DNA of 63,803 bases, filler included, from Octopus bimaculoides (taxonomy: Eukaryota), in the NCBI RefSeq assembly GCF_001194135.2. It is 5 parts of 5 records of this genome, joined end to end, with 100 filler letters (N's around TTAATTAATTAA, not from the genome) between each part and the next. Parts side by side here need not be neighbours in the genome. Positions count along the whole stretch, not along the records: positions 8,384 to 22,332 come from NC_068985.1; positions 22,433 to 48,480 come from NC_068982.1; 3 more parts are not named here. One strand, given 5' to 3'. Below the pieces are notes generated by a model. That model saw only the letters and a list, made by a program, of their open reading frames with translations. It did no database searches and was not told where the DNA came from. The position numbers and the translations under genes were made by a program. This document shows positions 11,546 through 23,190 of this stretch, piece after piece; the stretch's first letter is position 1, and every line of letters begins with the position of its first letter.

Positions 11546-14039
11546 CTGTAGACAATAGTCGTAATGAATATCTTCTCGTTTATAAATGGGTGAGTGAAGA
11601 AATGGATAGTTGTCCATCTTTTCAGAATAATATAGCAATGAAATACAGGAATTTTGAATCTAGTTTTTTCAGACTTCCATATTAAAGCTATAGAGTAAGT
11701 AGAATGAGAACAACTAACAAACAAATGAAAAGCCTGTTGAATCTTTTTGAGTCTTGTCTAAAACGAGTCTAAGGTAATAGTATTTCTGCCTTGAGCCTCG
11801 GTCATTGTCCGGCTTGAATTTACACAATGCTGCAAATAAATTCATAATACTATTTAATGAAACAGTATTTGCGTTACATGAAACAGCGATATCCAACTAT
11901 TCGCTGTACGAAGAAACTTTTAATCCTCCAATCAGTCGTTCGACCAGCAAGTAATAACAGTCAAATTTCTATCAATCACACCCTGTCTTCTTAAAAGGAA
12001 GTACATATTGGATTATGTAGTTCGAGATACACTATGCTTGAAAATAGGTAGAGTTGCCATATTTAGAATGCCTTTAAGCTTATGTATACCTAGTTAAAAC
12101 TGATTTGGCGCTGAATAACATCAACAGCAACAATGGGTTGGTGTTTGTTATAGCACCTTACTCCGGTAAACATTTATCTGTCTCCATTATGGGCTTATTA
12201 GCAATGAGGGGATACGAATTCAGGAGCCTGACCCTCTGTCAACTCCGTTGGCCACATTTCTCCATTATTGTTACAGAGAATCCTGAATCATTGGCATTTA
12301 GTTATAACAACAGTCCATGTTTATAAACATCTGTTAATGTAGTAATTAGATTAATTAATTGACCTTTCATGATTATGGTATCTCGATATTGGAGAAATCG
12401 TTACTATTGATTTTAAAATGATGAAATGTAATTGTTATATCACTAGGAAGTGATACTATCCCAAATTTCTCCTCGGATCCTGAGAAAGAAGTCATAACCC
12501 CGAAATATCGAAATATTAGTTAAAACACCAACTGCTATTCTGCTTTGCATTTTTGTAGTTCACTTTGTATTTCATTCCGCAATCGTTTCGGCCCTATCTA
12601 AAAAAAATATTTAATTTTTATATCATTTGTGCCTTTCCCAGTTATATTAGTGGTGTAAGTGAAGTGTTTAAGACTGAAATTGAACCATTGCTCACTTCAG
12701 CTTATTCATACAAATAGCGTCAAAATGTCTGCTGTACGAAAACAGGACTAAGATCTTCGTGAGTAGGATTTCAGTTAACATGCTGTCGTATTCAACAGCC
12801 TATGGTTGGATTGACTAATCACTTGCGACTATTCATATGCGAGGCAGACAAGCACCTTCATGTGACCAATCTGAAATCAAATCTGCCGATCAAAGTCAGG
12901 CTTCACAATGCACACTACGAATAATTCTCATACAAATTAGTAATCAAGAAATATGTAAATTGAGGTCATACACCAGTGAGATCAACAGCAGAACTTACAG
13001 ATCAGCATCAGGCTTTAAAAGCTATTTTAGAGCCTACAGCAACCACGTACTATAACTGTAGCAGTAAAACGGATGGGAACGCAATATACCAAGTGTATAA
13101 TTTTAGTGCAACTGAAATTATATTCTTGATGCATCCATTATTTTCCAAAGTAGACACTGTATTAACAGCTGATAAAATCATGAAGTGATGTATGATGGCT
13201 GAAGTGAAACATTTGGATTAAAGTAGTTAAGATGACTTTAAACATACCATGCTATCTTCTTGACAAAAATCAATTCTGTTCCAGATAGTGATTAACCACA
13301 AATGTATTATTCATTTTAGTTATAACATTCTTCTTAATTGCAATCATAACCATCATCATTATCAACATCAGATTTCTTTATAACGTCCATTAAGCTGTTA
13401 TTCATCAAAACATGTCATTTAGCTGCAATAATTCGCATTATTTTTCAAATTTAAAATCCTGCTACATCTCAGTATTGCTGCTTCCATGTAATGCAGTAAA
13501 CATTTTCTTACATTTGGGGAAAATCTGGTTTCACCTGCATTAGTTTAGTTTCTAACGTTAAAAATTTGTAATTTTGCAAATGTGCATTTTAACCATGTTG
13601 CCAACAACTGCTTAGCGAAAGTTATTACATAAATTGTTCTTTATAATTATACAATTTTACATTTCTTTTATTCCACTCAGAAGTATTAAATATCATAATT
13701 CTTGAATATTTTATCGATTCAATCTTTGTATTCGAATTACGAGAGTAGCACTTCCTCAGTCGGTTAACCTTTAAAGCTAATTACTTTACACTAGAATGCA
13801 AGAAGTAAACCGTTTCTTCGAAATTGCAACACAATATTAAGATCGTATTTTAGCAAGGTCTGAATTTATAAATAAAAAATCACTTGTCCAGGCTCTCCAT
13901 ATTTCAATTCTTTTATTTTTATAATTCATCTCTTTTATTCTTTATGCTTTTCTTTAATCAATAATTTTCTATTCCTTGCAATTCTATTTTTGAACTAGAA
14001 TCTCATTTCATGAAGTTACGTCGTTGATGATAATAGTGA

Positions 14040-14156
14040 TTTCAAATTTTGACACAAGGTCAGCAAGTTCGAGATAATGGCAAGTCGATTACATCGACCC
14101 AATGCTTGACTGGTATTTATGTTATCGACTCCGAAAGGCTGAAAGGTAAAATTGTC
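14040..14156 (-). mobile_element. SINE family A, 3' part
   Basis: ttcaaattttgacacaagg...tcgattacatcgaccc...gaaaggctgaaagg. Confidence 0.75.
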
Positions 14157-14295
14157 ACAAAAAAAAACAACAGACGAAGACAGGTGGTGTAGAAAACAAG
14201 CAGATGTATCAGTATAACGCTCGGGAATTGAAAAAGTCCTTAAGGTTTCGAGCCTACAATTTTCCACAGAAAGAAACAAGGAGAGAAATAAATGT
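14157..14295 (-). mobile_element. Dispersed family E (PLE-LTR-like), degraded hammerhead variant
   Basis: gacgaagacaggtggtgt...gtatcagtataacgctcgggaat shared with 19209, 34385 and 61755 copies. Confidence 0.75.
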
Positions 14296-14299
14296 GTGT

Positions 14300-14562
14300 A
14301 GTGGTTAGCGATCTATCATGACACACACACACACACACATATATATATACATATACATACATGTAAATATACATACATATACATATAAATATATATACAT
14401 ACACAAACACATATATATACATATAAATATATATATACACATATATAATAATTTTCCCATTTTGAATATGAAAATTTAAAAGTTTAAAAACCTTATAATA
14501 TAATATATACATATATATATACATACATATATATATACGCATACATATATATACATATAAAT

Positions 14563-14606
<44 letters not shown>

Positions 14607-14608
14607 AT

Positions 14609-14639
<31 letters not shown>

Positions 14640-14648
14640 CATATAAAT

Positions 14649-14683
<35 letters not shown>

Positions 14684-14946
14684 CATATAAATATACATAC
14701 ATATAAATATACATACATATAAATATACATACATATAAATATACATACATACATATATATATATACATATAAATATACATACATATATATACATATAAAT
14801 ATACATACATATATATATATAGATAGATAGATACATACATATATATATATAGATAGATAGATACATACATATATAGATAGATAGATAGATATATACATAT
14901 ATATATAGATAGATAGATATATACATATATATATATATATAGATAG
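14300..14946. repeat. Compound (TA/CA/GATA) low-complexity tract with a repeated ~14-mer (acatataaatatac)
   Basis: Direct reading. Confidence 0.9.
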
Positions 14947-15451
14947 NNNNNNNNNNNNNNNNNNNNNNNNNNNNNNNNNNNNNNNNNNNNNNNNNNNNNN
15001 NNNNNNNNNNNNNNNNNNNNNNNNNNNNNNNNNNNNNNNNNNNNNNATATATAATGAATGTAGTTATTTACAGCATGAAAGTTTAGGCAATAAATTTTAA
15101 GAGACAAATATTGTATGTACTATGTGAAAGAATCCTTCGCATTGTACACAAGATATTTGTGGCATGCGACACAGTGCATGTGAGCTTTTTCCCTCTCCTC
15201 CCCCCATGTGTGTATGGGGGTGGGGATATATATAAAGTTTTATAACGTGAAGATGCAAGTGTCATGCTGTGTGAACTTTTATATGATGTTCAAGTTTTTA
15301 AAAATGTGTTTTACTTCACTCGTAATCTTGAAACGAAGACAAACTTGCGCAAGTTCATTCAGTACATTCCCACTAAACATACGTGCAAACATACACTTAC
15401 ACTTATACACGGTCACACAAATACATATAGATATACATACATATATATATA

Positions 15452-15658
15452 TTCTTTACTCTTTTACTTGTTTCAGTCATTTGACTGCGGCCATGCTGGA
15501 GCACCGCCTTTAGTCGAACAAATCGACCCCAGGAATTATGCTTTGTAAGCCTAGAACTTATTCTATCGGTCTCTTTTGCTGAACCGCTAGCTTACGGGGA
15601 CGTAAACACACCAGCATCGGTTGTCAAGCGATGGTGGGGGACAAACACAGACACAAAA

Positions 15659-15691
<33 letters not shown>

Positions 15692-15860
15692 CATATATAC
15701 GACGGGCTTCTTTCAGTTTCCGTCTACCAAATCCACTCACAAAGCTTTGGTCGGCCGAGGCTATAGTAGAAGACACTTGCCCAAGGTGCCACGCAGTGGG
15801 ACTGAACCCGGAACCATGTGATTGGTAAGCAAGCTACTTACCACACAGCTACTCCTACGC
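15452..15860 (-). mobile_element. tRNA-derived SINE family B, full length, with internal microsatellite
   Basis: Head gcgtaggagtagctgtgtggtaag...ggttcagtccc, CORE-like gtggcaccttgggcaagtgtc, internal (TA)/(TG), tail gtgctccagcatggccgcagtcaaatgactgaaacaagtaaaagag. Confidence 0.92.
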
Positions 15861-15904
15861 CTATATATATATATATATAATATACTTAATACATACATAC
15901 ATCT

Positions 15905-16160
15905 CACAATGCTTTGCAGTACCAGTGCTAGTTCCAACATTTGGGATACGAGACTGGACATTCGATGAGATACGCAACATGGACATCAAGACCAGAAAGC
16001 TACTGACCCCCACTGGCAACTTCCACATTAACAGTGATAGCGATAGGATTTATGCGATGGTAGTTGAGGCATAAAGTCAGGACAAAATGCCTTTGAATGT
16101 TGCATCGTTTCACTCAGACAGCATGTGCTGAACATAAAAGAAAGAAATGAGTTCATTCAC
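15905..16160 (+). mobile_element. R4/Dong-like non-LTR retrotransposon, RT C-terminal fragment
   Basis: FAVPVLVPTFGIRDWTFDEIRNMDIKTRKLLTPTGNFHINSDSDRIYA matches the A.PVL.Y.FG...W...EL..LD.KTRK.LT...H..SD.DRLY motif. Confidence 0.75.
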
Positions 16161-16285
16161 ACGTGGTGATTGCTCCAGCTTCACAGTTGATTGCCGTTTC
16201 CTTGTGCTTCCTTGCAGTCTGTGATAGTTTGCGACTTTCTGTTCACGATCTCTCAGATGATTATTCAGTCCCGTTGCAAATTTGC

Positions 16286-16797
16286 AACCTGAAATATTAT
16301 CAATTTTATTTACTGTTTTAGCGGTCAATCTACAAATAAATTTTGCTTTTCATAAGGATACAGATAACATGTGTGCATATGTGTGTGTGGGGGGGGGGTA
16401 TATTGTAATAAGCTTTATTACTTTATATCTACAACATTAAAAGCATATTTGTTGAACATCTTATTTCAAAATACCTGTTTTCCCTACACTTACAAAAGAA
16501 AAAACAAATTTGGTGATGCATATCTTGTGTAGGTATGCCATATATGTCAAAATCATAGGGTCAAATACACAGTACACCATTTGCTAGAAATACCAGCCAA
16601 CACACTACCGACTCGCTCACCCCCATTCCATTTTCCGAAAATAAATGCATTTATCTGCAGAATGTTCTAATTAATTGAAATAACACCAACAATCTGAAAT
16701 ACTATCAATTTCATTTACTGTTTTCAGCGGTCAACCTACAAACAAACTTTGCTTTTTATAACGTGTGTGTGCGTGGGGTATAAGCTCTATTAGCTTA
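16286..16797. repeat. Imperfect direct repeat, about 110-140 bp (16286-16425 and 16693-16797)
   Basis: ctgaaatattatcaattttatttactgttttagcggtcaatctacaaataaattttgctttt versus ctgaaatactatcaatttcatttactgttttcagcggtcaacctacaaacaaactttgctttt. Confidence 0.8.
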
Positions 16798-17039
16798 TAA
16801 TGCTATAAGTATTACTTATTTTACATTAGTTTTATATTTACATCTGTAGAAGATCAGTTTTGTTTTTGTTTTTTTTCGCTACCCACCTTCAGAATAGAAA
16901 GCATAAATCACTTTCGTTTTCCCCCTGCCTTCCTTCAGAATACAGCCTCCAGGAGCTCCTCCTCATTGCCTTCCATTAAAAATAGTCGCTCCAATCATGC
17001 TTCTGCACAATCTTTCTCATGAGAAATCTCATAGAGACC

Positions 17040-17774
17040 ACAATATTTTCTGACTGTGGCAAAGGCGAAGGTGTTTTTTATTCCACGCTTTCCTTTAATA
17101 CATTCCAATATGCCCTTCGAAATCAAACGACTTCAATTTCCAATACGTCTGTCTTTTGCGATGTCCATTAATAAGTCCCAAGTTCAGAGTTTGAAAGTTG
17201 CTGGTTTGCAATTAGAAGAGGATTGTTTCTTACACGGTCAGTTATATGCTGGAACATCTAGAGTGGAGAGCAAGAACAATCTTTTCAATTTTGGCCCTAC
17301 TGGTAAAACCTGAAACATTGACTATAAGGAAGTTTTTACCAAGGAGTCAACAAACTAAAATTTTCAGAATGATTAATAACTTTGAATTGATATTGTCAAC
17401 GTCACACTATATTCGTCTAAGAAAATCTATTTGTATTTTTGTTTGTTGTAATACTTAAGTGCAATAAATTAAAGTACATATGTTTTTAGTTTTCCCTGAA
17501 CTTTTATTTACTCATCTTGTGCTAGACATATGCCAAAGTCTGTGCAATGTTTGCTTCATTTATAGACTGAAATACTAGAGACCATAGATCAGACGTTTAT
17601 ATGCACCAATGATATTACTGGCCAGAAGAAAACAGCTCTATCGTCTACATGAAAATTAACAACCATTTCTTATATATGTTCAATACAATCTAAGTGAATA
17701 ATTTTCAATATTCATAGTACAATTTTGGCAGCTTTTTTCTATCCAGCTCAGTCAATGATGGGTGTTTCTGCTAG
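17040..17774 (+). mobile_element. Helitron 3' fragment (Pif1-like helicase C-terminus and CTAG end)
   Basis: IPRFPLIHSNMPFEIKRLQFPIRLSFAMSINKSQVQSL...CFLHGQLYAGTSRV matches helicase motifs V-VI. In-frame stop before NIDYKEV. Putative end CTAG|T at 17771-17775. Confidence 0.9.
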
Positions 17775-17778
17775 TATG

Positions 17779-17908
<130 letters not shown>

Positions 17909-18484
17909 CACACACACAAATAAATAACTATATGCATACAGACATGTGTGTGTGTGCGTATGTACAACATGCATATCACAGAAACATACCCTACATATAT
18001 TACATATCGCACATCATTTATTTCATGCTCTTGTCTGGATATTTGAATATAATACCCAGGCATAATATATGAGTTTAACCCTTCTTAACGTCTTGAACTT
18101 CTTACATATAAAATGGAAATGGATGGTATTGTCAACCAAACATGATGGAGCAAGCGGAGTTTCATATTACGACTGATGCAAGATTTGAACTTGTGCATCT
18201 GGTCTCTATATCACACAACAACTGAACCAAGTGTGTGTGTGTATCACATATGAAATAAATAGATATATATTTATCCTATGCACTACAGAGATTTACTCTC
18301 TCGATATCTGGACCTTTTACAATGAGAAGTACCCACAAATGAGTAATTAAATTTAAATGAATTCAAAGAAAGAGACAAGTTTTATTTTTGAAGGAAGAAT
18401 TGCGAAAGTAAGTGAAATAGTCATAATTAGTAATCAAATCTGTGATGCATACTACTTTGTTTATGAGCTGTTTATGATCTACAC

Positions 18485-18802
18485 GAGCGGTTCTCAATTG
18501 AGGTCTATACGACCCCTTATGGTTCATATAAGATTTTGTGGGGTTCACACAAACAAAACAGTAAAGTGGGTCTTTGGGAAATTGTTGCTTCACATGTATT
18601 TATTGCAAGAAACCGCAAGATTTCTTTCTCTGACGTTTTACATAGTTCAACCTACACAAAGGAGTATATGTAATAGTAATAGGAATTTTGAAAGAAGTCT
18701 ATACAATTAGTTTTCAAGCATGGAATGGTGATGGGGTTCTACCAGAGTAAAATTGTAACTAAAGGTGTCCATAGCTATAAAAAAAAAGGTTGAGAACCAC
18801 TG
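18485..18802. mobile_element. hAT (Charlie-type) MITE
   Basis: TIRs gagcggttctcaa / ttgagaaccactg; degenerate 8-bp TSD atctacac/acctacgc; related to 25490-26190. Confidence 0.8.
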
Positions 18803-18928
18803 ACCTACGCCATGGGGCATACAATCAAACTGGGATCACAGCTTTAGTTTGTAAGGTCTACCTCACCGACGATATGGAGCATATATTGTATAATCCATAT
18901 GCATGTGGGTGTTTACATAACAAACATG

Positions 18929-18964
<36 letters not shown>

Positions 18965-19208
18965 GTTTCTTTCTCGAGCCATGGCAGTCTCATAAGTGCT
19001 GGTTTCCCGGATTCAGTGGCGTATATATTCCCCACCTGGACGGGATGCCGATCCGTCACGAGATTACCTATTCTTGCGAGCTGAGTGGACTGGAGTAACG
19101 TGAAATGAAGTGTTTTGCTCAAGAACACAACGCATCTTCCGATCCAGGAATTGAAACAACAGTCTTACGATCATGAGTCCAACAGCCCTAACCACTAAGC
19201 CATGCACC
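18965..19208 (-). mobile_element. SINE family C variant
   Basis: Minus head tgcatggcttagtggttaggg...tcaattcctgg, gttgtgttcttgagcaaaacacttcatttcacg domain, distinct tail. Confidence 0.8.
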
Positions 19209-19397
19209 ATCGTTGACTAGCGACTATTCTCTCTCTTTTTTCTCCGTGTTTTTCTCCTTGTTTTCTCCGTATTCTTTCTGTTGAAGAGCGTAGCTCGAAA
19301 CGTAAAAGACTTTCCGTATTCCCGAGCGTCATACTAATACATCCTTTTGTTGTTTACACCACCTGTCCTCGTCTGTTGTTTTTTTTCGTACATTCTC

Positions 19398-19400
<3 letters not shown>
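19209..19400 (+). mobile_element. Dispersed family E (PLE-LTR-like) with hammerhead variant
   Basis: Best-preserved copy; homologous to 14157, 34385 and 61755. Confidence 0.8.
19273..19309 (+). ncRNA. Minimal type I hammerhead-like motif with non-canonical CUGUUGA core
   Basis: TCTTT-CTGTTGA-A-GAGC-GTA-GCTC-GAAA-C-GTA-AAAGA: 5-bp stem I, 4-bp stem II, loopless stem III. Confidence 0.55.
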
Positions 19401-19431
<31 letters not shown>

Positions 19432-19439
19432 TTGCGTAT

Positions 19440-19960
19440 TTTCTCCAACATAAGACCAAGGGACCATATTCATAACAGTGAGGGACTAACAAAATGCAAC
19501 ATATCAGATATTGAAGGTATCCACATCAAAATGCAGCTAAGATGCTCAGGTGATCTCTCACGTATGAGTGATATCAGAATTCTGAAGCAACTTCTCTTTG
19601 GCCAATTCCCAACAGGAAGATCAGTTGGATGTCCACTTTTACGCCTCAAAGACAAACTAAAAGACAGTCTGATGCGATGCAACATACCCTTTTCTACATG
19701 GGAAAACAAAGTATCAGAATGCAGGACCTGGCGCACATTCTGCTTCTCCTCAGTTCAAGGATTTGAGCAAAGTCGACTCCAGCATCGGGACCAACTTTGT
19801 GCAAACATGAAGGCAAAACGCTGCTCCTCTAAATAGAAACCTTACCCGTCATTGTGATTTGTGGCACGAAGCAAAGCAGGCCTTGCCATCCACTCAAGAA
19901 AACACATAGTAAATGATCCACAAGCATTCAAGCAAACTGAGCCATCAACTTCTATTTGCC
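19440..19960 (+). mobile_element. RTE-clade LINE 3' fragment
   Basis: IHNSEGL.KCNI..IE...IKMQLRCSGDLSRMSDIRILKQLLFGQ...GRSVGCPLLRLKDKLK...WE...RTWR matches the RTE post-RT domain; decayed zinc-finger-like end follows. Confidence 0.85.
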
Positions 19961-20301
19961 AAAAGGTTTGCAAGGTACCAGCACATTCGTGTCCATACAA
20001 AATTATTTACGTTTTATTTTACTGAACCTTCATTTCTCGTTCACGACAAGAGAATCCTTTATNNNNNNNNNNATATAACAAATACATACATACATGTGTG
20101 TGTGTGTGTACGCTATGCAGTTCAATCAAATTGTGTAAATTACCACATTAGTAACAGGTGTTATCTATTATACTCTTGCCACTGTTGACTTTGTGGGAAT
20201 TTGCGAAATATTTTCAAACAATTGAGAACTCATTTAAATGAACAACAAACTTTACCTTCCGTCTCCCACTAGCAACATCTTTGATTTAGCAATAACAATA
20301 G

Positions 20302-20514
20302 TTCTTTCTAATTTTGACTCAAGGTCGACAATTTTGAGGGGAGGGGATGTTGATTGTATCGGCCTCAGTGTTTGACACGTATTTTATTTTATCGACCTTG
20401 AAGGGATCTGTAAGTCGAATACGGCGGTATTTGAACTATGAACATAAAGAGCTGAATGAAATGCCGCTATGCATTTTGTCCGGCGTAGAAATGGTTCCGC
20501 CAGCTCACTGCCTT
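20302..20514 (-). mobile_element. SINE family A, degraded
   Basis: Colinear with 10129-10340. Confidence 0.8.
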
Positions 20515-20530
20515 AATAATACTAATAATA

Positions 20531-20745
20531 ATCATTTCTACTAAAGACACAAGGCCTGAAATTCGGGGGAGGGAACTAGTCGATTACATTGACCCCAGTG
20601 ATCAACTAGTGCTTATTTTATTGACCCCGAAAGGATGAAAGGCAAAGTCGACCGCAGCGGAATTTGAACTCAGAACGTAGCGATGGGCAAAATACCACTA
20701 AGCATTTCGTTCAGCACGCTAACGATACTGCCAGCTCGACGCCTT
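20531..20745 (-). mobile_element. SINE family A, full length, tandem to the previous copy
   Basis: Colinear with 10129-10340. Confidence 0.9.
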
Positions 20746-20770
20746 ATTTTCCCAGCTCACAGCCTTAAAT

Positions 20771-20818
<48 letters not shown>

Positions 20819-21338
20819 TTGTCCAGTCCTTGCCAGTATATCACCGAACACGATTGAGTCCACAGGGCATGCTGATACTTCAGAGTTCTCAAAGTTACAC
20901 AGTTTAAATATTTCGAACTTAGTACAATCCCATCCTACGCGAAGCACTTTCAATTCAATAACAAACAATTCAAACAGTGACAATGCACTTACACATACCT
21001 CACGCAATCACCACCACCCTGTAGAATAACACAATGCATACTTTTGAATAATAGACATCCGCTAATAACAACAATGCATATTCTATACATTCACCAGACT
21101 ATAATTTTTCACATAAAGCTAGTCAAACACTTGAAGCGAAGCACTGAAATACCAGGAACAACAAAACAAATCGCACAATAAAGCTAAACTTGTGTATTAC
21201 ACGGATACAGTTCTGTATCCCCTAAAGACGTTACTGCACGCACTTGAGAAATATCGACGTACACCTACTGATCGATAGGAACTTGCCGGCAGCGGTAGTA
21301 GTGGCTTTTGATCTTAACTGATTGGAAGTGTCATCATG

Positions 21339-21526
21339 TGCAAGGGGACGCTGAAAAGTTCCTGGCTTTTAAGGTATCGCGAAAGGTCTGTATAGCAACC
21401 CCACCCTCCGAGTTCTTTTTACAGGGCTTAGACAAACTGAAGAACCGCTGCAATAAATGTGTGAATCTGATCCTCCTGTATTTTATTTTACCCAAAACCA
21501 GGAAACTTTTTCTGCATCCCCTCGTA
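21339..21526 (+). mobile_element. Mariner-derived MITE
   Basis: TIRs caaggggacgctgaaaagttcctggctttt / aaaaccaggaaactttttctgcatcccctcg-TA. Internal SEFFLQGLDKLKNRCNKCVNL resembles the mariner C-terminus. Confidence 0.8.
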
Positions 21527-21819
21527 CATGTTTTTGTTGACATGTTTTGTCTTGGTGTAAAAGAGCAAACATTCTGCTCTATACAACAGATTTGCTAGTC
21601 ACTTGCTTGGCCCCAACTAGTTGAGCATGCCCCCTTAGTGGTTGATGATATGCGCATCTCTGATAAGCAGGAGTAATAGAGGAACACCATAGCCATGTGT
21701 TGAGGTTCTTTGGGGTTTGAATAATTCATGCCTGGAAACACGAGTGTTTCATTCATCATCCTTAACTTTCCTATATATTTTCACTCGTGCGGTACTTTAC
21801 AAGTTCACTTTGTTATATA

Positions 21820-22066
21820 TGCATGTGTGTGTGTGTACATAAATACATATATAAATACACATATATAAATACATATATATATATATATATACATACATCC
21901 CAACACATACATATATATACATACATATGCATACATACATATACACACATACATATACATATATATAAATACACATATATATATATATACATACATATAT
22001 ATGTAAATATCCACATATATATACATATACACATAAATATATATAGACATATATACATACATGCAT

Positions 22067-22109
<43 letters not shown>

Positions 22110-22252
22110 CATATATATGTATGTATACACATATATACATGCATATATATATATACATGCATATATATATATACATGTATATATATACATACATATCCAT
22201 ATCCAAATATACACATACATACATGTCTATACATACATTACATATATATATA

Positions 22253-22332
<80 letters not shown>
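21820..22332. repeat. Compound (TA/CA) low-complexity tract
   Basis: Direct reading. Confidence 0.95.
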
Positions 22333-22719
22333 NNNNNNNNNNNNNNNNNNNNNNNNNNNNNNNNNNNNNNNNNNNNTTAATTAATTAANNNNNNNNNNNN
22401 NNNNNNNNNNNNNNNNNNNNNNNNNNNNNNNNTACTCGGATATAGTCCAACCCTTTGTCAGCTATTTTTTGTATATGGTGTTTGGGTTTGGAGATGGTCT
22501 GTATTTTGATGTAACACGTGTGTTTACGATCGCTGTTCGGGTAGTGGAGGTATCAAGTTAAAATACATCATTATATTTGGAAAAATAGGAATAAATTTCA
22601 ATGAGTATTACTTACTCGGATATAGTCCAACCCTTTGTCAGCTATTTTTTGGCTCCATGCGATGTCTTTATTTCCGATGTTTTTGGATAAGTTTCGGAGC
22701 AATGATTTATCGTACTCAC

Positions 22720-22811
22720 ATGTTAAACTTCCCCGGTGTTCTCTTATTAAACTTCCCCGGTGTTCTCCTGTTAAACTTCCCCGGTGTTCTCTGTTAAACT
22801 TCCCCGGTGTT
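22720..22811. repeat. Minisatellite, about 4 copies of a 23-25 bp unit (gttaaacttccccggtgttctc)
   Basis: Direct reading. Confidence 0.9.
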
Positions 22812-22939
22812 ATTATTATTATTATTGGAATCGAACTCGGGATCTTGGGGTTAGTTGTTCGTGCTTTTAACCACTATGCCATATGCGTAGTGGTTAAGAG
22901 CGCGGGCTACTAACCCCAAGATTCCGAATTCGATTCCAG

Positions 22940-23013
<74 letters not shown>

Positions 23014-23190
23014 TCGAAAAATACCTTAGGAATGAGAACCCAGATTCGAAATTTCCCCAAGACACCTGATGAAAGCTAGAAGGTATATCAGCCGAAACGT
23101 TGTGTTAACAACAAACAAGATGAGGACAAATATCCGTCAAACGTAAATAATGTAAATAATTCCTAATCCCTTAAATATAGAACTGTGGTA
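22811..23190 (+). mobile_element. tRNA-headed element with inverted duplicated head, (AAT)n and hammerhead-bearing PLE-like tail
   Basis: Head gcgtagtggttaagagcgcgggctactaaccccaagattccgaattcgattcc (22885-22937) mirrored at 22826-22880; (AAT)n 22944-23010; hammerhead 23061-23106. Confidence 0.7.
23061..23106 (+). ncRNA. Minimal type I hammerhead ribozyme
   Basis: GACAC-CTGATGA-AA-GCT(agaaggtatatc)AGC-C-GAAA-C-GTT-GTGTT. Stem I GACAC/GTGTT, palindromic AACGTT stem III, GUU triplet; stem II imperfect. Confidence 0.65.

Noticed and set aside
12105-13188. Plus-strand ORFs with protein-like stretches (GLVFVIAPYSG; HQALKAILEP)
   Set aside because: No consistent splice or phase model and no recognisable domain.
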